A DNA stretch of 11,638 nt from Promethearchaeia archaeon (GTDB lineage: Archaea > Asgardarchaeota > Lokiarchaeia > Sigyniarchaeales > SOKP01): contig JAHQWH010000003.1 of NCBI GenBank assembly GCA_029856105.1, positions 1-11,638 of the forward strand, in the 5' to 3' direction. Under the pieces are notes generated by a model. It made no database searches and was not told where the DNA came from. It worked only from the letters and a program-made list of their open reading frames with translations. Below, piece by piece: positions 6,520 to 11,638 of the stretch (positions are counted from its first letter, which is position 1; each line of letters opens with the position of its first letter). The position numbers and the translations under genes were made by a program.

Positions 6520-9500
6520 ATGGAAACAAGCTCAAGCGAAAAAATAAAAATTAAACTTGGTGGAATGACATGCGCTTCTTGTGCCCTCAAAATTGAAACT
6601 AAATTGAAAAATTTAGAGGGTGTTAGCGGTTCTGTTGTAAATTTTGCTAATGAAGAGGCTACTGTCGAATTCAACTCAAATAGGACTAGTTATGATGAAT
6701 TTCATAAAATAATTAAGGACTTGGGATACAAAGCAACCTTAGCAAAAATTGATATAAGAGTAGTAGAATCTCTTTCAGAGTCCGATTTCAACGATTTTGT
6801 CGATAATGTTAGGAGAATTGAAGGTATTTATGATGTCAGAGGAAATCTCAAGGCAAGCAAAATGTTTATCGAATTCAATGAACTACAACTTGACGAGAGT
6901 AAACTTTATTCAAAAATAAAACAATTAGGCTATAAAATCGAAAAAGCTGCAGGAGCAATAGATAAAGAAATCGAGAAACACAAAAAAGAAATGAAATATC
7001 GGTTGCGAATCTTGCTAATTGCCCTAGCGTTTGCTTTTATAATTACTCCTATTAGTTGGTTTGTAGCGGAATCTTTCACTAGAAATGTTATTCTTTTCTT
7101 TTTTGCGATAGCTGATTTTAGTATTGCGGGATCCTTCTTTCTTATAGGCGCGTATAAATCCTTAAGAAATAAATCTACCAATATGGATGTTTTAGTTGCT
7201 TTAGGAACTACAACTGCCTTAGTGTACTCAATTTTAACTACATTTCTTATTGAAGGGCATACTTTTTACGAAGCAATGAGTATGATTCTTGCTTTCCTTT
7301 TAATTGGAAAATATTTCGAACACAAAACTAAAGGTCAAACTTCAGAAGCAATCAAGAAACTTATCGGTTTACAACCAAAAACCGCTACTCTTTTAAAGGA
7401 TGGAATAGAAATTGAGATTCCCATTGAAGAGATAGAAGTAGGAGATATTTTAGTTGTTCGGCCTGGTGAAAAAATACCTCTTGACGGAAGAGTAGTGAAA
7501 GGAAAAACAAAAATAGATGAGTCTATGATTACTGGAGAAAGCAGATATGTGAAAAAGGAAATTGATAGCGAAGTAATAGGCGCAACGCTTAATCAAACTG
7601 GGCTGATAAATATTGTAGCCGAAAAAATAGGGAAAGATACTCTATTGTTTCAAATAATCAATTTCGTAAAGGAAGCCCAAAGTAAAAAAGCAGCAAAACA
7701 ACAATTAGCAGACAAAGTTAGCAATTATTTTGTCCCTGCGGTTATTATTATTGCCACTGGAGCGTTTCTCTACTGGTTTTTAATAGCAGGTATAGGATTA
7801 GAAATATCGCTACTAGTTTTTACATCCGTTGTTGTAATCTCATGCCCATGTGCTCTTGGTTTGGCAATACCTACCGCCGTTATGGTTGGTACTGGTAAAG
7901 GCGCTGAAAATGGAATTTTATTAAAGGGTGGTGATTCTTTAGAAGCGATTAGCAAGATTAATACAATTGTCTTTGATAAAACGGGGACTTTAACCGTAGG
8001 AAAACCAAAAGTCTCAGCAATATTTACCGAAAAAGACTTAAAGGGGAAAGGTTTCGATGTAGACGAGTTATTATATTTTGCAGGAAGCGCTGAAATGGGT
8101 TCGGAACACCTTCTTGGACAAGCGATTATCGAAGAAGCAAATCAAAAAGGGTTAACGCTCGAAGTTCCTACCGAATTCGATGCCATACTCGGGAAAGGTA
8201 TAAAAACCAACATTAAAAGCAAAAGCGTATTGATAGGAAATGAAAAATTAATGGAAGATAATAACATTTCTATCGGTTCGTATAAAGCTAAATTCATTGA
8301 ATTTCAAGAACAAGGAATAACAACGATATTAATTAGCGTTGAAGATGAGATCAAAGGAATTATCGGAATTTCTGACAAAATAAAAGATCAAGCGCCTTAC
8401 GCATTAGAAAAACTGAGAGAGAAGGGATTAGAAATTTTTATGCTTACTGGAGACAATAAGCAAACTGCCTTAAGCATAGGCGAACAGTTAAAATTCGACG
8501 ATCAGCATATTTTAGCGGAAGTTTTACCGAACGAAAAAGCTGAAACTATTAAGAAATTACAAGAATCAGAAGGAAATAAAGTTGTTGGCATGGTTGGAGA
8601 TGGAATAAACGACGCTCCTGCTTTAGCTCAAGCAGATGTCGGAATTGCGATAGGTTCAGGTACCGATATTGCTATGGAAACTGCAGATATAATACTCATG
8701 AGGGGAGACCTTCGGAATGTGGTTTCTGCTATTAACCTATCTAAAAAAACTTATCGCAAAATGATAACAAACTTGTTTTGGGCTTTTATATACAATATTA
8801 TTGGAATTCCTATAGCTGCGGGTGTTCTGTATTACGCAACCGGATTCTTTTTACCTCCCTATTTAGCTGCCTTTTTTATGGCATCTAGTTCAGTTTCAGT
8901 TGTTGGTAATGCGCTTTTATTGAAAAGATACGAACCAAAAACACCGCAGCAGATCGAAGAAGAAAGATTGTTAATCTCCCAAGAAAAGGTTGTAGACCCC
9001 GTTTGCGGTATGGAAATTGATCCAAGACGCGCTTTAGAACAAAAATATCAAGGAAAAACCTATCATTTTTGCGGTTCGAATTGTGAAGCTCACTTTAAAC
9101 AAGACCCTGAAAAGTTTAAGAATTACAATAACATGAACCCAAAATTAATGCAAATGAAAAGCAGCGAAGAAGATTTAGTAATTGATCCTGTTTGCGGAAT
9201 GAAGGGAAAACCCGAGGATTGGATTGAACACGAACACGATGGAGAGAAATATTATTTTTGTAACGAATCGTGTTTAGTTGAATTTAAGAAAGACCCTCAC
9301 AAGTATGTAAAACCTGAAAAAGAGAAGGAAATTAAAGAAATTGATACTATAAAAGAAAATAATGAGGTAGATAAAAAAATGGGAAATTTAAAATGTGCTG
9401 AATGTGGATTGGAGCAAGATTTACCTACTCATTGTGGTAAACCTATGCACAAAGAAGGCGAAGAGTTAGTTTGTTGGATGGGGGCGTCTTGTGGAGCTCA

Positions 9501-9546
9501 AAAAATCCCCGAACATCACGGTAAGCCAATGGAAATCATTAAATAA
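6520..9546 (+). CDS. copA: Cu(I)/Ag(I)-translocating P1B-1 ATPase with N-terminal HMA domains, two C-terminal YHS/TRASH-type domains and a Cys/His-rich terminal domain
   Basis: GMTCASC HMA, TGES, CPC, DKTGT, TGDN, GDGINDAP, and the transmembrane YN and MASSS motifs diagnostic of P1B-1. Tail has DPVCGM...YHFCGSNC and DPVCGM...YYFCNESC. Confidence 0.95.
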   Translation: METSSSEKIKIKLGGMTCASCALKIETKLKNLEGVSGSVVNFANEEATVEFNSNRTSYDEFHKIIKDLGYKATLAKIDIRVVESLSESDFNDFVDNVRRIEGIYDVRGNLKASKMFIEFNELQLDESKLYSKIKQLGYKIEKAAGAIDKEIEKHKKEMKYRLRILLIALAFAFIITPISWFVAESFTRNVILFFFAIADFSIAGSFFLIGAYKSLRNKSTNMDVLVALGTTTALVYSILTTFLIEGHTFYEAMSMILAFLLIGKYFEHKTKGQTSEAIKKLIGLQPKTATLLKDGIEIEIPIEEIEVGDILVVRPGEKIPLDGRVVKGKTKIDESMITGESRYVKKEIDSEVIGATLNQTGLINIVAEKIGKDTLLFQIINFVKEAQSKKAAKQQLADKVSNYFVPAVIIIATGAFLYWFLIAGIGLEISLLVFTSVVVISCPCALGLAIPTAVMVGTGKGAENGILLKGGDSLEAISKINTIVFDKTGTLTVGKPKVSAIFTEKDLKGKGFDVDELLYFAGSAEMGSEHLLGQAIIEEANQKGLTLEVPTEFDAILGKGIKTNIKSKSVLIGNEKLMEDNNISIGSYKAKFIEFQEQGITTILISVEDEIKGIIGISDKIKDQAPYALEKLREKGLEIFMLTGDNKQTALSIGEQLKFDDQHILAEVLPNEKAETIKKLQESEGNKVVGMVGDGINDAPALAQADVGIAIGSGTDIAMETADIILMRGDLRNVVSAINLSKKTYRKMITNLFWAFIYNIIGIPIAAGVLYYATGFFLPPYLAAFFMASSSVSVVGNALLLKRYEPKTPQQIEEERLLISQEKVVDPVCGMEIDPRRALEQKYQGKTYHFCGSNCEAHFKQDPEKFKNYNNMNPKLMQMKSSEEDLVIDPVCGMKGKPEDWIEHEHDGEKYYFCNESCLVEFKKDPHKYVKPEKEKEIKEIDTIKENNEVDKKMGNLKCAECGLEQDLPTHCGKPMHKEGEELVCWMGASCGAQKIPEHHGKPMEIIK

Positions 9547-9568
9547 AATAACCTGAAAAAAAAGTTGA

Positions 9569-9757
9569 ATGTATAAAATGGAAAACATGGAAATATACAA
9601 ATGTAGTGGATGTGGAAAAGTAATTGAAACGCTTCCTCAGTGTTGTGCCCAAGATATGGTTTTTAACGAAGAGAAAAACGAATTTGAGTGTTTTATGGGC
9701 GAAGACTGCGGATATGTAAGCCTATCTGAATTAAAATGCGACGATTGTTGTAAATAA
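9569..9757 (+). CDS. Small Cys-rich metal-binding protein with desulforedoxin-like N-terminal half; start may be 9578 or 9587
   Basis: 62 aa with 9 Cys: YKCSGCG...PQCCAQDM...ECFMGEDCG...KCDDCCK. Lies 22 nt after the copA stop on the same strand and aligns with the CopA C-terminal domain. Confidence 0.8.
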   Translation: MYKMENMEIYKCSGCGKVIETLPQCCAQDMVFNEEKNEFECFMGEDCGYVSLSELKCDDCCK

Positions 9758-9772
9758 TAAAATCCTTATAAA

Positions 9773-9780
9773 TTTTTTTT
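9773..9780 (+). terminator. T8 tract, candidate terminator of the copA-small protein unit
   Basis: TTTTTTTT 15 nt after the stop at 9757, in a convergent gap. Confidence 0.45.
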
Positions 9781-9789
9781 CTATTATAT

Positions 9790-9859
9790 TTAAATTACAT
9801 TGTTTTTTGAGGACACCTGTACTTAGTAAGTGTGTGGTTAAATTACATTGTTTTTTGAG
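9790..9859. repeat. Perfect 22-bp direct repeat (9790-9811 = 9838-9859) overlapping a second 26-bp repeat (9805-9830 ~ 9966-9991)
   Basis: TTAAATTACATTGTTTTTTGAG occurs twice; TTTTGAGGACACCTG(T/C)ACTTAGTAAG occurs twice with 1 mismatch. Confidence 0.95.
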
Positions 9860-11136
9860 CGAGCTTTTTTCTTAATAGACAATATAATTTCTAATGAAAT
9901 AAAAATTACCAAACCAAATAAGGTAATCAGCGCTCCTAAAAGAAATGCTGCTTGATACGCTAATGTTTTGAGGACACCTGCACTTAGTAAGGCATCTATC
10001 ATTGGTCCAGATATTAATGTACAAGCAAGACCCCATGACAGAAAAAATGTAGTGTTATAAACTCCGAATAATCTGGCTCTGATTTCTTCCGGAATTAAGT
10101 TAGAAGCAATTGCATAAGATGATGCATAAATAATAACTTCTCCTGTCCCTATTAAAAAGCTGCCTAAAAATATAATACTTAAATCAGTGGCAACTGCGGT
10201 AATGATTAATGCCGAAATTGCTATTAATGAACCTAAAATTAAAGTCCTTGAATGTCCCAGTTTTTTGCTTAAAAAAGCTGCTGAAAATCCAATTAATAGA
10301 ACAGAAATCGATCTAGTATTTGCTATCCAACTAATCATGATGCTATCTGCTGCAAATCCAGTTTCCAAATTAAGATATTGAGAATAGGGGACAGAAATAC
10401 TATTTCTTCCAAAATTAATGAGAAGTAAGGAAATAATGAATATAATAAAGATATTTTTATAAAATTCATTACCAGAATTATTTAATTCGTTATCTTTCTC
10501 ATTTATCTCAACCTGATGATGGATTCCTCCTTCAGATGTTAATAGCATAGGAAATGTGGAAATGAACATTACTAAGGCTGCAACAATAAATAGTGGACCC
10601 TCTCGAAAACCAAATCCATAATTATATAATATTCCTCCAATAGAAATTCCAAGAATTCGACCAATTCCACCAAGACCAGTTAATCTTCCCATAATTTTAC
10701 TTCTTTCGGAAGAAGGATATAAATCACTAATTAAAGCAGACCAAGCAATATTGCTCATGCTCCAAAAGATCTCTACTATCATTAATCCGATTATAATTAC
10801 ATAACCAGCAATATACAGATCTGATATTGCATAATGAACTAACCAAACCAATATTGTACCTATTCCAGCCAATATTTCTCCAAGTATAATCAAAGTCCTT
10901 CGTCTCTGCAATTTATCACTTAAAGGACCCCAAACGAAGTTTTGAAAGATTACACTCACTATCATTGGTAGAGTGGCATAAAGAGTTGTTTCAGTTATTG
11001 TTAAGTGTAAAAATGTTAAAAAATAAATTGATAAAAACGTGTAAAACAACCCCCTACGAAACATGGCTAACATTTGAAAGGATGATAGCCCAAGAAATGA
11101 TTTTGAAAAAAATGATTTAGATCTGACTTTATCCAC
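9838..11136 (-). CDS. Major facilitator superfamily transporter, substrate unknown
   Basis: 432 aa, about 12 hydrophobic segments in two halves; motif A GPLSDKLQRRR and its degenerate repeat AFLSKKLGHSR; SDLYPSSERSKIMG and IPEEIRARLFG loops. GTG start. Confidence 0.92.
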   Translation of the reverse strand: MDKVRSKSFFSKSFLGLSSFQMLAMFRRGLFYTFLSIYFLTFLHLTITETTLYATLPMIVSVIFQNFVWGPLSDKLQRRRTLIILGEILAGIGTILVWLVHYAISDLYIAGYVIIIGLMIVEIFWSMSNIAWSALISDLYPSSERSKIMGRLTGLGGIGRILGISIGGILYNYGFGFREGPLFIVAALVMFISTFPMLLTSEGGIHHQVEINEKDNELNNSGNEFYKNIFIIFIISLLLINFGRNSISVPYSQYLNLETGFAADSIMISWIANTRSISVLLIGFSAAFLSKKLGHSRTLILGSLIAISALIITAVATDLSIIFLGSFLIGTGEVIIYASSYAIASNLIPEEIRARLFGVYNTTFFLSWGLACTLISGPMIDALLSAGVLKTLAYQAAFLLGALITLFGLVIFISLEIILSIKKKARSKNNVI

Positions 11137-11183
11137 AATATATCAAAAAGTGAAATGATGTATACTTTATTTATTCATTCAAG

Positions 11184-11638
11184 CTATTCAAAATCAAAAA
11201 CATCAATATCCTTTTCAGGAAAAATTTTGATAATTTTTGGCAAATCTTCCCCTAATCTCACTCTTTCAAGTACAGCTATATGTAAAGGGTAATGATTATT
11301 CAAAATTTTATATAGCGTGTTCCAAACTTGTTGCTCTTCCGTTTTATTACCCATTTCTTTCCTAAGCTTAGAAAAAATAGCTCTTGCTTTCTTTCTTTTT
11401 AGAAATTTCATGTAATTCTTTATTACTTTACTTCTAACTTTTTTGTATTCTTCAGGTCTGAAATTTGCAAGTGTATAGCTTAAATCCTCGTCTGCAACTG
11501 GGAAAAAGCTGACTTTTTTATCTTCTGGTTCTTCTGGATTTTTAATTAAACTTAATTCTAAATCTGATTCGTTAATACTCTCTAAAATTGGATAGAGTTC
11601 ACCTGGAGAGATACGGGTTTCCATTTGAACTTGAGAAG
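11184..11638 (-). CDS. Hypothetical protein, probably 5'-truncated by the window edge
   Basis: 146 aa from the ATG at 11624, but the frame stays open upstream (TCT CAA GTT CAA ATG) to the window end. Host-like codon usage; no family recognised. Confidence 0.7.
   Translation of the reverse strand, partial: SQVQMETRISPGELYPILESINESDLELSLIKNPEEPEDKKVSFFPVADEDLSYTLANFRPEEYKKVRSKVIKNYMKFLKRKKARAIFSKLRKEMGNKTEEQQVWNTLYKILNNHYPLHIAVLERVRLGEDLPKIIKIFPEKDIDVFDFE

Noticed and set aside
9569-9757. Calling the small protein desulfoferrodoxin, rubredoxin or ferredoxin
   Set aside because: No superoxide reductase catalytic domain, and the Cys spacing fits neither the rubredoxin double CxxC nor the ferredoxin CxxCxxC pattern; only a desulforedoxin-like half is visible.
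42-11638. Selenocysteine or pyrrolysine readthrough
   Set aside because: Seven genes end in TAA and one in TAG, with no sign of a truncated domain continuing past the stop.

Overview
AT-rich, archaeal-looking window; Asgard/Lokiarchaeia affinity is inferred from GGTG-type Shine-Dalgarno motifs, T-tract gene ends, the gene set and an IPFG-TM-basic C-terminal tail. It holds 8 credible genes: a divergent MobA-like nucleotidyltransferase, a large beta-CASP metallo-beta-lactamase nuclease with a duplicated KH-like N-terminus, a stand-alone IscU/NifU scaffold, a surface protein built from 14 near-identical 126-bp LVIVD-type propeller repeats, a P1B-1 Cu(I) ATPase with an unusually long metal-binding tail, a small Cys-rich protein homologous to that tail, an MFS transporter and a probably 5'-truncated hypothetical gene. 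Three signals stand out. (1) The propeller array has a near-invariant GC-rich scaffold with four hypervariable codons per repeat, 50 of 56 of which are NNT, and its variable cassettes appear shuffled between repeats, suggesting a diversifying surface receptor. (2) A desulforedoxin-like CxxC..(H/C)C..C(W/F)MGxxCG module occurs both fused to CopA and as the next gene. (3) A chimeric micro-duplication of the MFS 3' end lies just past its stop codon. No rRNA, tRNA, CRISPR array, transposase or reverse transcriptase was recognised.
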